IMG/VR virus record: IMGVR_UViG_3300020154_000003
Span: 302,039-366,038 of that record
DNA length: 64,000 bases
Strand: one strand, 5' to 3'
Below, piece by piece: positions 8,203 to 18,478 of the stretch (the stretch's first letter is position 1; each line of letters starts with the position of its first letter). The translations under genes were made by a program, and so were the position numbers. The notes below the pieces were generated by a model. It did not search any database. It saw nothing but the letters and a program-made list of their open reading frames with translations, and had not been told where the DNA came from.

Positions 8203-11200
8203 TTATGATGTTATTGGGGTTCTCTCCCCTGAAAAGTTAATAAATAATTGTCCTGTTGGTTGATCGATAAATGTCCATGTCGTACCACCATCAGTAGTTC
8301 TAAAATATCCGTTATTGGACGTGCTCGGATCAATAATTAAATGACCAGATGCAACACCAATATTTTCATCAATGAAATAAAGTGCTGAATATGCACGACC
8401 AAGAGTATTAACTGCAGTCCACGTAGTACCACCATCTGTTGATCTAAGTATTTTTGCATCGTTTCCAGTATAACTCATTATCACGAAAACAATATTATCA
8501 TCAATAGCCCATACTTGATTAACACCAAATCCATCAGCAGGTAGATTAGCACTAATATCAGTCCACGTATCGCCACCATCAATTGATTTGTATAATACGT
8601 TATCTGTACTCGTGCTATGTGTAAAGTATGCAACATTATTAGATGGTGCGAACGAAAGAGCCTTAGGTTGGCCAACAGGAGTCGCCAATATTTTAGTCCA
8701 TGTTGTACCACCATTTGTGGTTTTATAAACGCCTTGATAACCACTATTAAACCCGTGATACCCTATTGCGTAACCAATATTTAAATCTTTAAAGTGTATA
8801 CCATTTACAGCCTGACTAACTGCCCCAATAACTAACTCAGATCGAGACCAAGTTACACCGCCATCTGTTGATTTTAAAAATCCGTTAGCCCCAACAGCAC
8901 ATAACACATTACTATTTAATGCTAACACAGCCTTAATACCACCACCATTATATCCTGCAGAATTTAATGCAGGTCTTCTACTAGTCCATGTAGCACCTCC
9001 ATCATTTGTTGTAATTATGTGAGGGAATGTTGCGTTTGAAGTAGATATGGTTGCACCCATAATACCAACTTGCCCAACAAAACTAACATGACTATATCCA
9101 ACACTATCAATTGTGGTTTGTGTGTTGACTGAAGTGAAGTTAAGTCCACTATCAATTGATCTATATGCTGATTCGTTAGTTGTGTACCCAAAATAATCTG
9201 CTGCCCAAAATGATGGTATAGAACCAGCAGGTATTGTTATGGCTTCATTAACTGAGAACGGTAAAGGAGCGTCAATTATAGCACCGCTATCTGATGCTGT
9301 TATGGTGTTAATGTTAAGTGTTAGTGAAGTAGATGCGTCATCACTACTATTAGGACTGTGTGCGCTCATAGTTATCTGAATTGTCAGAGAATCGCTGCTT
9401 AACATAGTGAAGGATGATGAATTGTTTTCAGTACCATCAGTCACTTCGTTCGAATATATCACACTGCCATTCTTTATAATTTCCACTAAATTGCTTGCAT
9501 CACTATCACCTTCTACCGTTGCAATTTGCCCCAAATCAAACCCTAACGTAAATATTGTTCCGTTAGATAAACTTGGGGTTATAGCAATTTCATATTCTAA
9601 GAATATGTCTGCATTACGATTTCCAGTAGTTGCACCGGAAGAGTATACTCTTTCAATTTCAGTCATAAAGAATTCATATTCATTAATAACATATTCTTGT
9701 TGAACACAAATAATATCATCCCACGCAAATGAAAATGTAGTATCCTGTACTCTTCTAACAAATTCACTACCGTCATTACCTAAATGGTTTAATGACTGGT
9801 CAAAACTAACTCCCCTTCTATATGGAAATTTTTGCTTAGTAAATGCTGTGTTTCTAACCAGTACACCACCTTTCTTTAGAATTATTGTGGCACTTAATAA
9901 TTGATCTATGAATCTATGGAAAAAGCTATTGAACTTATTGATAAATGGATAAACGTTAGTAAACGTATATCCATTACTACGTACTGTTGGATGATTGCTT
10001 CGCTTTAAATATTCTTCATACAACTTCTGAACTGTTGGATATAACCCACCTTCATGATCTGTCAGAGTTTTTCTATTTTTAACGTTAATTAATCGTCTAT
10101 TAATAAGTTCAAGGTATTCCAAGAAACTAATCTCGGACAAGTTAGGAAACTCAAAGTCGCCAAAATTAATACCAGTATCAGTACTACCATCAGCAGTAAT
10201 GTAGAAGACATTTATTAAATATCCTATGTTCAAAGCACTAGTATTGAATAAAATTTGTTTCCTATTGGATGAATTCAAAGTAAAATCTTTACCATTTTGA
10301 AGGGTAAGACCATTAATCACAACTTTAATAGCATCCACGTTAGGTGGCTCATAGTCCATAACATAGATGTATTTGTTGATACCACTATTGTAGAAAAATT
10401 TAGAGGTTGAAAAACTATCAATTCTATGACTTTCAGATTTTTTAAGTATCGGATCATTACCAGACGATTTGATGTAACTGATAACCACAACAGGATTTGC
10501 AATCAGGTAATTTTTCAAATCATTATTAACCACAATAATTTCACCAGAATTGATCACATAATCACCAGTATATAGCGAGTTACCTTTGGTTAATGTCATT
10601 CCATTTACCACTAATTGTACCTCACCCAATGGGTCTTCCAATAATGGGATAGACAATCCATCAGGATTGGCAGTAATTTTTGTAACCACGTAATCTACTT
10701 GATTATAAGTACCACCAGTAGATTTGTCGTTGAGATATGTTAATGTAATAACGTCTTTATGTCCATTCGTATAACTTTGTGCAGTCCCTCCTATCAAGAT
10801 AGCCTCTTTACTATCTAAAGGATTTATGTAATAATCAGCACTAGGATCAGTTGATCCTGAACCCTTGGTTAAAGTAAGACCATTAAAACTAACCTGTATA
10901 TCACCTTGAGGAACTTCTGGAATAGTAAATGAAGATGCAGAGGCACCATAAGTGAATGGTATATTAATGTAAAGATAAGGTTTAGTTACACCGCTAGTTG
11001 TAATTGGAAAATTGTGTTCAAGGTTGTAATTCCAAACATCAAATTCAATACCTCTTGAAATATCAAGAGTTATGTCAACTTCTTTAGTATTCAACACTAA
11101 ATTACTATCATTTTGATAATAGTTTGGTGTCGTGTAATGTCTTCTTTCAGTAGTACCTGATTGTACCCACGACTTTTTGTTGTCAACTTTTCTATTCAAT

Positions 11201-12819
11201 CTAAAACCAACATCTCTGAATACATCCATGTATTGTTGTCCAGAATCGGTACTACCGCTTACTTGGAAATAAAATGTTTTCGTTTCCTTAGGTGCTATTG
11301 GGTAACCTTCAGAATTGTATGGTAATGAAGCTGAAGGTAAATCAGCAAGACTAACAGTTACTGTGTTAGGATTAATTTTCTCATCTACAGTATAGATGTA
11401 TTCAGTTATATTAATAAATGGCTCAGGTATACCGACCATTAATAACATTGTTTTTATTGCATCCCTAGTACCTTTGGCTTTGAAAAGATAGTTGGTATTT
11501 AACAAAATTCTTCTCCACAACTCAACGTCTACCTCAGGCGGTAACAAATCATTTACACTTCTTTGCTCAGTTGAAAAGAAGCTATTCAATAAATCATCAT
11601 CATTCACCAAAGTGACTGCATCCCAACCCATCGTTTTAGCTAAGTTCTTAACCAATAGATCAGGAATGTTCTTTTTCTTATTATAGGATAATTTATTGAT
11701 TGTAACTAAAGCATCAATGAATAATTTCACATTGTCGAAACTACGACCATAAATTCTCAATAATTTAGACATTTTTTGAGATTCAGTATTGTCGCCTTCG
11801 ATCAATGACTCTGGAACCAACATTCTAATCAATAGATCAGACTTAAATTGATCATACAGAGTTCCAATTGCACCTAATTCACTCAAGAACACATCGTAGT
11901 TATAACCATCGATGTCTACGTTATATCCATCTGATGCGCTCCATATTATTTCTTGATCGCTATATGTAACGCCACCGTCTTCAAGTTGAATTGGTGATTG
12001 AAATTCGGTACGGTATCCTTTTGCAATTTTTTCATTCAATAAATATGATTCTAATCTTGAAAGATTCGATTTAAATTTATTGAAGTGAAGTGGTTTGGGT
12101 TTCAAATGATATTTGAATTTTCCTGCAGTAGTTCCACCAGAGGATAACTCAGGGAAAGGATCGCCTTTAACGACCACACTTATATACTGCTTACTCGTAG
12201 AAAAGCCAGTAAAACCTAAAATTTCTAAAGTATTTTCATCAGGTGTATCTTCCCTCCAAATTAAATATTCGTTATATGAAATATTTAAATTACGTAACGC
12301 TTGATCTTGGGGTAATTGATTATTTGTACTGTTAATTACTAATCCAAACTTATTGACTAACGTATTGAATGGAATGATAAATGACGAAACATCTAATGAA
12401 GGATCATACACATAATCAACCACACTATTAGAATTTGTGAATGTTGAAATTTGTGAAGTAACACGAATACTGGCAGGAAATTCAAGAATGATATTTTCAA
12501 CTGAAACTCTTAATATTTCTCTAAGTGAGCCAAATCTAGCATACGAAGTTAAGTCAGTTTTGTCAAAATTTAGGGCAACTTCTTGGGTACTATTATATAT
12601 TACTTCTGATTCATCGTCAGTAATATTTAATGACTCTAACGTGATGGGCTTAACGAAGGAACTTAAGGTGTTCGAGTAATTTCTTACATTTCTTACACCA
12701 AAATTCGTATCTACTGTGAATCTTCCGAAAGTGAATACTGTTTCAGATGTTATATTTCTGAAACTTGCACCAACCAAATCAGAACCAAGACGCTTATTTC
12801 TAACTTTTACCTTTGCCAA
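8203..12819 (-). CDS. Large baseplate wedge-like protein with C-terminal Asp-box propeller
   Basis: 1538 aa, TTG start; KGTRDAI motif of baseplate proteins; three V.(F/V/I)NG(L/M)TL repeats; seven C-terminal Asp-box repeats. Confidence 0.65.
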   Translation of the reverse strand: MAKVKVRNKRLGSDLVGASFRNITSETVFTFGRFTVDTNFGVRNVRNYSNTLSSFVKPITLESLNITDDESEVIYNSTQEVALNFDKTDLTSYARFGSLREILRVSVENIILEFPASIRVTSQISTFTNSNSVVDYVYDPSLDVSSFIIPFNTLVNKFGLVINSTNNQLPQDQALRNLNISYNEYLIWREDTPDENTLEILGFTGFSTSKQYISVVVKGDPFPELSSGGTTAGKFKYHLKPKPLHFNKFKSNLSRLESYLLNEKIAKGYRTEFQSPIQLEDGGVTYSDQEIIWSASDGYNVDIDGYNYDVFLSELGAIGTLYDQFKSDLLIRMLVPESLIEGDNTESQKMSKLLRIYGRSFDNVKLFIDALVTINKLSYNKKKNIPDLLVKNLAKTMGWDAVTLVNDDDLLNSFFSTEQRSVNDLLPPEVDVELWRRILLNTNYLFKAKGTRDAIKTMLLMVGIPEPFINITEYIYTVDEKINPNTVTVSLADLPSASLPYNSEGYPIAPKETKTFYFQVSGSTDSGQQYMDVFRDVGFRLNRKVDNKKSWVQSGTTERRHYTTPNYYQNDSNLVLNTKEVDITLDISRGIEFDVWNYNLEHNFPITTSGVTKPYLYINIPFTYGASASSFTIPEVPQGDIQVSFNGLTLTKGSGSTDPSADYYINPLDSKEAILIGGTAQSYTNGHKDVITLTYLNDKSTGGTYNQVDYVVTKITANPDGLSIPLLEDPLGEVQLVVNGMTLTKGNSLYTGDYVINSGEIIVVNNDLKNYLIANPVVVISYIKSSGNDPILKKSESHRIDSFSTSKFFYNSGINKYIYVMDYEPPNVDAIKVVINGLTLQNGKDFTLNSSNRKQILFNTSALNIGYLINVFYITADGSTDTGINFGDFEFPNLSEISFLEYLELINRRLINVKNRKTLTDHEGGLYPTVQKLYEEYLKRSNHPTVRSNGYTFTNVYPFINKFNSFFHRFIDQLLSATIILKKGGVLVRNTAFTKQKFPYRRGVSFDQSLNHLGNDGSEFVRRVQDTTFSFAWDDIICVQQEYVINEYEFFMTEIERVYSSGATTGNRNADIFLEYEIAITPSLSNGTIFTLGFDLGQIATVEGDSDASNLVEIIKNGSVIYSNEVTDGTENNSSSFTMLSSDSLTIQITMSAHSPNSSDDASTSLTLNINTITASDSGAIIDAPLPFSVNEAITIPAGSIPSFWAADYFGYTTNESAYRSIDSGLNFTSVNTQTTIDSVGYSHVSFVGQVGIMGATISTSNATFPHIITTNDGGATWTSRRPALNSAGYNGGGIKAVLALNSNVLCAVGANGFLKSTDGGVTWSRSELVIGAVSQAVNGIHFKDLNIGYAIGYHGFNSGYQGVYKTTNGGTTWTKILATPVGQPKALSFAPSNNVAYFTHSTSTDNVLYKSIDGGDTWTDISANLPADGFGVNQVWAIDDNIVFVIMSYTGNDAKILRSTDGGTTWTAVNTLGRAYSALYFIDENIGVASGHLIIDPSTSNNGYFRTTDGGTTWTFIDQPTGQLFINFSGERTPITS

Positions 12820-12861
12820 TGTTTTAAGATTTAATTATAAATACCCGCTAATTTAAAACAA

Positions 12862-13770
12862 TTAGCTGCCACTTAAATCTTCTAGTACATTATCAAAAGT
12901 TTGTGAATTGTCAATATTGGTTCGTTTTTGCTTCACTTCAAACAGTGAATCGTTGGTCACATCGTCCTTAATTTCAAATAGATCAAATTGCTTAACGATT
13001 TCTCTATCCTTATTAAATTGAGTTAGTATACCATTATCCACGTCCATTATCTGCTCACCAGCGACCACATCCATGATTGAATCGATAGTATTTTCAACTA
13101 ATTCAACCTCAATTACTTCAGGCTTAAAGTTGGTGTTTGAGATCAATATGGTCTGATTGGGCTTTCCAATGAATGGATTCACGTTAGGTTTAACATTTGA
13201 GGCACTACTTGGTGTAACCTGTAAAAACAAGAGATTACCAGCGTCATCGAATCTGTATCTTACTGCCGTTTGACTAGTATTGCCAATATTTTCTGTAACA
13301 GGGATGGCCTTATTTGACGTTGTGACGTATCTTACTGTATTTCTTATCTTAGTGCCATCGCTTTCGATATATTCAATTTTATAGCCCTGTAATGCGTTAT
13401 TTGAAACTAGATTTGACGGTAGATCACTAGAATTCAATACAATGCCTTTTATCGCTGGTAATGATGAAAGTACACCACAATCCTGAATATCAATGCGTAT
13501 TACTTTGGGTCTAATATATACCGTGTATATCCCAACCTGATTAAAAATGGTTGATGGCAATTTCAAATTGTAAAGCCCTTCCAAAAGATTTTCCTCACCA
13601 CTTTCCTGCTCATCTGTCGGAATTTTAACTTCTGAAATAACGTCAGACGCATTCAACCTTAAAAACGTAGTTGCTGCAGTGTCCCTATTAGGGGCAAATG
13701 AGTAGTATACATCTAAATCATCAATATCTACATCAGCAGGTCTAACCGTACCATAAATTCCCGTTGCCAT
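12862..13770 (-). CDS. Putative baseplate structural protein
   Basis: 302-aa beta-rich ORF between baseplate genes. Confidence 0.5.
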   Translation of the reverse strand: MATGIYGTVRPADVDIDDLDVYYSFAPNRDTAATTFLRLNASDVISEVKIPTDEQESGEENLLEGLYNLKLPSTIFNQVGIYTVYIRPKVIRIDIQDCGVLSSLPAIKGIVLNSSDLPSNLVSNNALQGYKIEYIESDGTKIRNTVRYVTTSNKAIPVTENIGNTSQTAVRYRFDDAGNLLFLQVTPSSASNVKPNVNPFIGKPNQTILISNTNFKPEVIEVELVENTIDSIMDVVAGEQIMDVDNGILTQFNKDREIVKQFDLFEIKDDVTNDSLFEVKQKRTNIDNSQTFDNVLEDLSGS

Positions 13771-13772
13771 TT

Positions 13773-14375
13773 TTACGTATTTTCATATATTGTAAAATAA
13801 TTACCACCCGCATATAAACTTACTTGATTAAGGTTGCCTATAGCCCTCAACCTTACTGAATTTTCAAATACAGGTAATTCTTGTCTAATAATAAATACGT
13901 CACTATCAATAAGTGGATTCTCAGCCATGTTCTGTTTGGCTTCAATCTTTAATATCGGTCTATTCTCAAAATTTACTGTAGACAATCCAGTACTTGTGAA
14001 GGTAAAGGTGGTCGCAGTCGTACTAGTCGTTTCAATATTGGTGTATGTTATGCCTCCGATGTAATAAATCAACGTTTTAGTTGAACCAGTAGTCGTTGAA
14101 GCACCTACATTCAATCCGTCCGTTGATGGGCTGGTTGAAGTTCTGTATCGAATCGAGTAGTCTGGATTGGAATTGTATTTTCTTAACTCAGGCAACCTAT
14201 TTGAGGAAGTTCCTGTGACTGTATATGAGCCGCTATAACCCGACAGGGAAGTAGAACCGCTATAGTATTCGCCTTCATAGGTGTCAAAAAAACCGTAGTC
14301 CAGACTATTGGATGTCAGGAGAACGTTCATATGGTATGAACTTCCAGAAACAAAGGGGAACGACTTTTTTATCAT
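13773..14375 (-). CDS. Ser/Thr-rich putative structural protein
   Basis: 200-aa ORF in the baseplate operon. Confidence 0.5.
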   Translation of the reverse strand: MIKKSFPFVSGSSYHMNVLLTSNSLDYGFFDTYEGEYYSGSTSLSGYSGSYTVTGTSSNRLPELRKYNSNPDYSIRYRTSTSPSTDGLNVGASTTTGSTKTLIYYIGGITYTNIETTSTTATTFTFTSTGLSTVNFENRPILKIEAKQNMAENPLIDSDVFIIRQELPVFENSVRLRAIGNLNQVSLYAGGNYFTIYENT

Positions 14376-14378
14376 GGA

Positions 14379-16235
14379 TTATACGAATAAATCAGTTTTT
14401 TTACGCAAAGTCAACTTAATATCCCTCTCAGGAAATTTGATTTCAAACATAGAATCTTCTACCGAATAAACTGTGTTATTAACCAACCTAATCTCTCTTG
14501 TAGTTGAATCAGCATACTCTTGTTCTATTTGATTTAGCGAATAACCATTTCCGACCTTATTATAGGCTGTTACACTTATGATGTTCAATACACCGTTAAT
14601 GTCATTAATTTGGTTTTGAAGATCACCTAAGAAAATATCCTCATTCATTTTCTTATCACTAACCGAGAAGTATGAGGCAACCGTTCTAATCACATTATTC
14701 GCTAACTCAGACTGATTAATAGAATCTGATATGTAAAGTTCTAAATCAAAAGCAAGGTTAAATATTTTTCCATCTCTAATTTCAACATAGTCATTGACCA
14801 TTCTATAACCACTCAAATATTCAGCAATATTTTCCTTCAATAGACTATTACTAGTATTATTCAATTTTCCATCACTACCTAATCCAAGAATCGATATTAC
14901 TACCTTATTATTTTCCTTGAATGCATTTGCTCTGAATGGTGAACCATAACGTCCGGGCATTTTAAACACCTGTAAAAGGTAATCATTAATGGTTACGTCT
15001 CTGTTCTGAGCACTGAAATTGTATCTTATAAGATTTCTGATCTGATTGATCGATAATCCATCGTTACCACCAATGGCAGGTATAGGGTTGGTTACACTTA
15101 AACTTCTTCTAACTTGGATATTAAAGTCTTGTCTAGGGCCATTTACTACTAAATTAACATTACCCAATGCATTTAACACACTAGCACCAACATTAGAATT
15201 AGCACCACCACCAGTACGATATTTTACAAATAGTGTGTAGTCTTTTTTTAGTTTTTCACCCAAAGATGTGTTCGATAAATAATTATCTAAAAACATCTGA
15301 TTGGTTATTCCAGCCTTCGCAAATCCATCTAAAAACAAATCACGTTCTCCGTTTCCACCACCAAAAATCAATTTACAAAATCCATTAGAAGTAAATTCTT
15401 TAATGAATTTGCGTTTAACATCAATCCACTTTGCAGCTTTCATGTAACTATTACCACTCGTAGCTGAATTTGACCCACTATTAGGATCATCAACAAAGAC
15501 ACGCTGTTGCGCCAAGTAATCAACTTCAAAATATCTATTATCAACATCAAGGAATTCTTCATCAGGAGGATTGCCAGAATAATTAGTACCAGCCAAAGCA
15601 ATCACACTAACAATTTCTATTACATCACTATCAGGCAAAAACAACTCATAAAACGGAACTGTTTCAGCATCTCGAATAACCTTCTTATAAATGTTTGTCG
15701 CACCATTAACAACAACCTCACGCTTTGTGATTGAATACCCTTGAATGATACCATTTCCATCAAATAGTGGTAATTCAGTCTTATTAGGATCACCTAAGTT
15801 ACTGTAGGGAGAAGCCCAATCAATATTGTCAGATGTTTCGAAAATCTTACCACCGCCCACTACTTGAGCACCTGCAGCCAGTACTGGCAAGTATGCTTCA
15901 TTAGGTCTATCACCTTTCGCAGGTACTTGGACTGTGAAGTCAACAACAGTAACTGACGATCTTTTACCCGGAATGTTAAAACCTAAGTTTTTTGCAATAT
16001 TTAGTATGGATTCGCTCTGTTGAGCATTATCCAATTGAGTTTCTTGAAACGCTCTGTCAGTGTTGACAGACAAATTATTGGCAACACCAGCATTGAGATC
16101 GATTAATAATGAACCAACGTTAGAGTCTGTGAAATCCTGAAACGTATCTGGATACATTTCCCTGATCATGCCAATCAACTCATCATGAATCTCACTAAAT
16201 GTTCTCTTATTATATGATACTTTATTATCTGCCAT
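14379..16235 (-). CDS. Baseplate wedge protein, T4 gp6 / baseplate J-like
   Basis: N-terminal YNKRTFSEI...FQDF..SNVGSLLIDL; GGA.SNV and QNRDVTINDY motifs. Confidence 0.85.
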   Translation of the reverse strand: MADNKVSYNKRTFSEIHDELIGMIREMYPDTFQDFTDSNVGSLLIDLNAGVANNLSVNTDRAFQETQLDNAQQSESILNIAKNLGFNIPGKRSSVTVVDFTVQVPAKGDRPNEAYLPVLAAGAQVVGGGKIFETSDNIDWASPYSNLGDPNKTELPLFDGNGIIQGYSITKREVVVNGATNIYKKVIRDAETVPFYELFLPDSDVIEIVSVIALAGTNYSGNPPDEEFLDVDNRYFEVDYLAQQRVFVDDPNSGSNSATSGNSYMKAAKWIDVKRKFIKEFTSNGFCKLIFGGGNGERDLFLDGFAKAGITNQMFLDNYLSNTSLGEKLKKDYTLFVKYRTGGGANSNVGASVLNALGNVNLVVNGPRQDFNIQVRRSLSVTNPIPAIGGNDGLSINQIRNLIRYNFSAQNRDVTINDYLLQVFKMPGRYGSPFRANAFKENNKVVISILGLGSDGKLNNTSNSLLKENIAEYLSGYRMVNDYVEIRDGKIFNLAFDLELYISDSINQSELANNVIRTVASYFSVSDKKMNEDIFLGDLQNQINDINGVLNIISVTAYNKVGNGYSLNQIEQEYADSTTREIRLVNNTVYSVEDSMFEIKFPERDIKLTLRKKTDLFV

Positions 16236-16246
16236 GTTTAATGTGT

Positions 16247-16645
16247 TTAAAATGTTAAGTCAATACTGCCTGAGGATGAAAATGCATCATCGGTATATGT
16301 AAAAAATATTCTTACGCTAATTTCAGTTTCATTCAAATCCTCATATCCAGAATCAGTATTTGTGAAGAAAGAAACACCATTTATAGTAATGGATGGCATA
16401 TATCGTCTAACGGCCTCCTTTAAATCTTGAACTATTTCATCTTCCGTAATGTCATCCTTTGGTTGGAAAAGGTGTTTTTCAAGGTTGGTGCCATAATCAG
16501 GCATGTAATACCTCTGTCTTCGCTTAGTTTTGAATAAAAGTGTCAAATCAGATACTAAAGCATCCTTAGTCACCGAATTCATCTTGAAAAGATTGTTTTT
16601 CTCAGTATCGTCTTCTAAAGGGAATTTAATATTGATTGATTTCAT
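16247..16645 (-). CDS. Baseplate wedge subunit, T4 gp25-like
   Basis: IKFP...SDLTLLFKTKRRQRYYMPDYGTNL..LF; start moved to ATG at 16645 because the intergenic motif lies at 16660. Confidence 0.85.
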   Translation of the reverse strand: MKSINIKFPLEDDTEKNNLFKMNSVTKDALVSDLTLLFKTKRRQRYYMPDYGTNLEKHLFQPKDDITEDEIVQDLKEAVRRYMPSITINGVSFFTNTDSGYEDLNETEISVRIFFTYTDDAFSSSGSIDLTF

Positions 16646-16673
16646 GTATTTACTTTTCAATAAATACATTTGA

Positions 16674-16705
16674 AATAAAAAAATCCGTCATTTCTAACGG
16701 ATTTT
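16674..16705 (-). terminator. Intrinsic terminator
   Basis: Stem AAATCCGT/ACGGATTT with T-run on the minus strand. Confidence 0.7.
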
Positions 16706-16735
16706 CAAACTAAACAAAAAAACGAGAAACTATAA

Positions 16736-17077
16736 TTATTCTTCAAATTCAAAGCTTTCTTCCACATGGTGTGCTGGTGTGTATTTTCCTTCGATCACAT
16801 CAAGCAAGGCCAATTTACCGTCTCTTACTCCATATATTTCCTTGATTGCCTTTCCAAATGGCGACTCTGGCAAGATACCATTGGTTGTTGTGTATTGGAC
16901 AGTAGCCTCACGCAAATAAATGACCTCAATAACTTCATCCTTAACTACAACGTTCTTCAATATTTTTTCGCCATACCCATCCCATACAAAGGTTGAAGTG
17001 GTGACAAAATTCACCCCGTTTGTATGATCACTCGAATTGGTTAGGATGTGATCTGTTTTATTATCTGCTGTTTCCAT
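16736..17077 (-). CDS. Hypothetical protein
   Basis: 113-aa ORF abutting the upstream stop codon. Confidence 0.6.
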   Translation of the reverse strand: METADNKTDHILTNSSDHTNGVNFVTTSTFVWDGYGEKILKNVVVKDEVIEVIYLREATVQYTTTNGILPESPFGKAIKEIYGVRDGKLALLDVIEGKYTPAHHVEESFEFEE

Positions 17078-17967
17078 TATTTTAATTCCTCAATTATTTC
17101 TCCTTTAAATTTTATTACATCATAGCGATACTTGTTTTCACCATCTTCTACATAATCCATGTAGGTTCCTCTTTTATAAAATTCAGTTATACGATAGGCG
17201 TGTTTATCACCATAATCGTCTTGAAACCAAATTTGTTCTATGTCGATCAATTCCTTGAATACTGCGCTTTCATTATCGAAATTCTTTAATTTGTACTTGG
17301 CGGGTATGAATAGTTCAATAATGAAATGTTTGGATGTTACTGACTTAACATGAACAAACTCAGATAATTGCTCTACTTTATTTTTAACCTCCCTCGATCT
17401 TACTACCATTAAAGGGAATTTCTGTTTTTGAGCCATTTCAGACAACTCAGGAACTTGAAACGACTCTTCCTTTTCTTTAAGTATGTTTAATGCATCAACA
17501 AAAGATAATTCGGCCTTGTTAGTGAACATGATAAGGATAGGATAATCATCATCCTTCAACTTCCTTTCCTGAATTTCAAGATCACGTATCTCTTTTAATG
17601 TTTTACCGTAATACTTATGTTTTGGATCAAGAAACCCGTGATGATCCCATCGCATACCCCACTTATCTTTCGCTCCAATGTTCACACCATGTCTATCCGC
17701 TACTTTAGCAGCCTTATCAGGATTTGTAGATCGAACAAACTCATCAGCCTTTTTTAATATCTCGTAAAACTGTTGAGTATATCTTTCGTCCTGTTGACCC
17801 TGATCCATTTTATTAAGGACAGGGTTTCTATGACGCTTTTTATGCTCAATAACATTACCTCTAAATAAATCTGCAGCATTAGCCCTTAGATCATCGTCAA
17901 TGTTCTTTAGTGCTAAGGAAATTCTTATTAGTATTGTTAATAAAAACGTTTTTAACCACTTAATCAT
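17077..17967 (-). CDS. Hypothetical protein, possible N-terminal hydrophobic anchor
   Basis: 296-aa ORF; MIKWLKTFLLTILIRISLAL N-terminus. Confidence 0.65.
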   Translation of the reverse strand: MIKWLKTFLLTILIRISLALKNIDDDLRANAADLFRGNVIEHKKRHRNPVLNKMDQGQQDERYTQQFYEILKKADEFVRSTNPDKAAKVADRHGVNIGAKDKWGMRWDHHGFLDPKHKYYGKTLKEIRDLEIQERKLKDDDYPILIMFTNKAELSFVDALNILKEKEESFQVPELSEMAQKQKFPLMVVRSREVKNKVEQLSEFVHVKSVTSKHFIIELFIPAKYKLKNFDNESAVFKELIDIEQIWFQDDYGDKHAYRITEFYKRGTYMDYVEDGENKYRYDVIKFKGEIIEELK

Positions 17968-18467
17968 AATTTAGAATTCTCCAACTTCAAAAAAGCAATC
18001 AAATCTTTATTCTTTAAAATTTTTAATTCAAACACCTTAATCTCGTCTTCAAGAAGTTTAATGTTTGCATTATTCATTTCAATTTTCTCATCCTTTTCTC
18101 TTGAAGCTTTATACGTTTCTAAAGTTTTTTCATTATGGCGTTTCACTTCATCACTTGTTAAGGGAACGGTAGTATCTTCAAGAAATTCTTTAACTTCGCC
18201 TAAATGAGTTATCCTATCTTGCATTGGATTAGAGATACCCTCAACATCTCCCATCCCTTTCAGAAATTCACTAACTTCGTTGATGTAGTTCATCTCTTCA
18301 CCCTGTTCATATTTTCTTACCCTCACTTCATCTATCCTTTTAGTTTCTCTTTCTATGGTTTTCTCTGTCGCCTTCTCAAGAATTTCATAATGAATTTTCT
18401 TAACAGCATCGTCAGCTTTACCAGTCTCAAGAGATTCTTTTAATTTTTTTAAGAAATCACCTTCCAT
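17964..18467 (-). CDS. Hypothetical coiled-coil protein
   Basis: 167-aa charged helical ORF with 4-nt overlap coupling. Confidence 0.6.
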   Translation of the reverse strand: MEGDFLKKLKESLETGKADDAVKKIHYEILEKATEKTIERETKRIDEVRVRKYEQGEEMNYINEVSEFLKGMGDVEGISNPMQDRITHLGEVKEFLEDTTVPLTSDEVKRHNEKTLETYKASREKDEKIEMNNANIKLLEDEIKVFELKILKNKDLIAFLKLENSKL

Positions 18468-18478
18468 CGATTCTAAAT

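Noticed and set aside
6789-9200. Active sialidases
   Set aside because: Asp-boxes present but no RIP motif or Arg triad recognised
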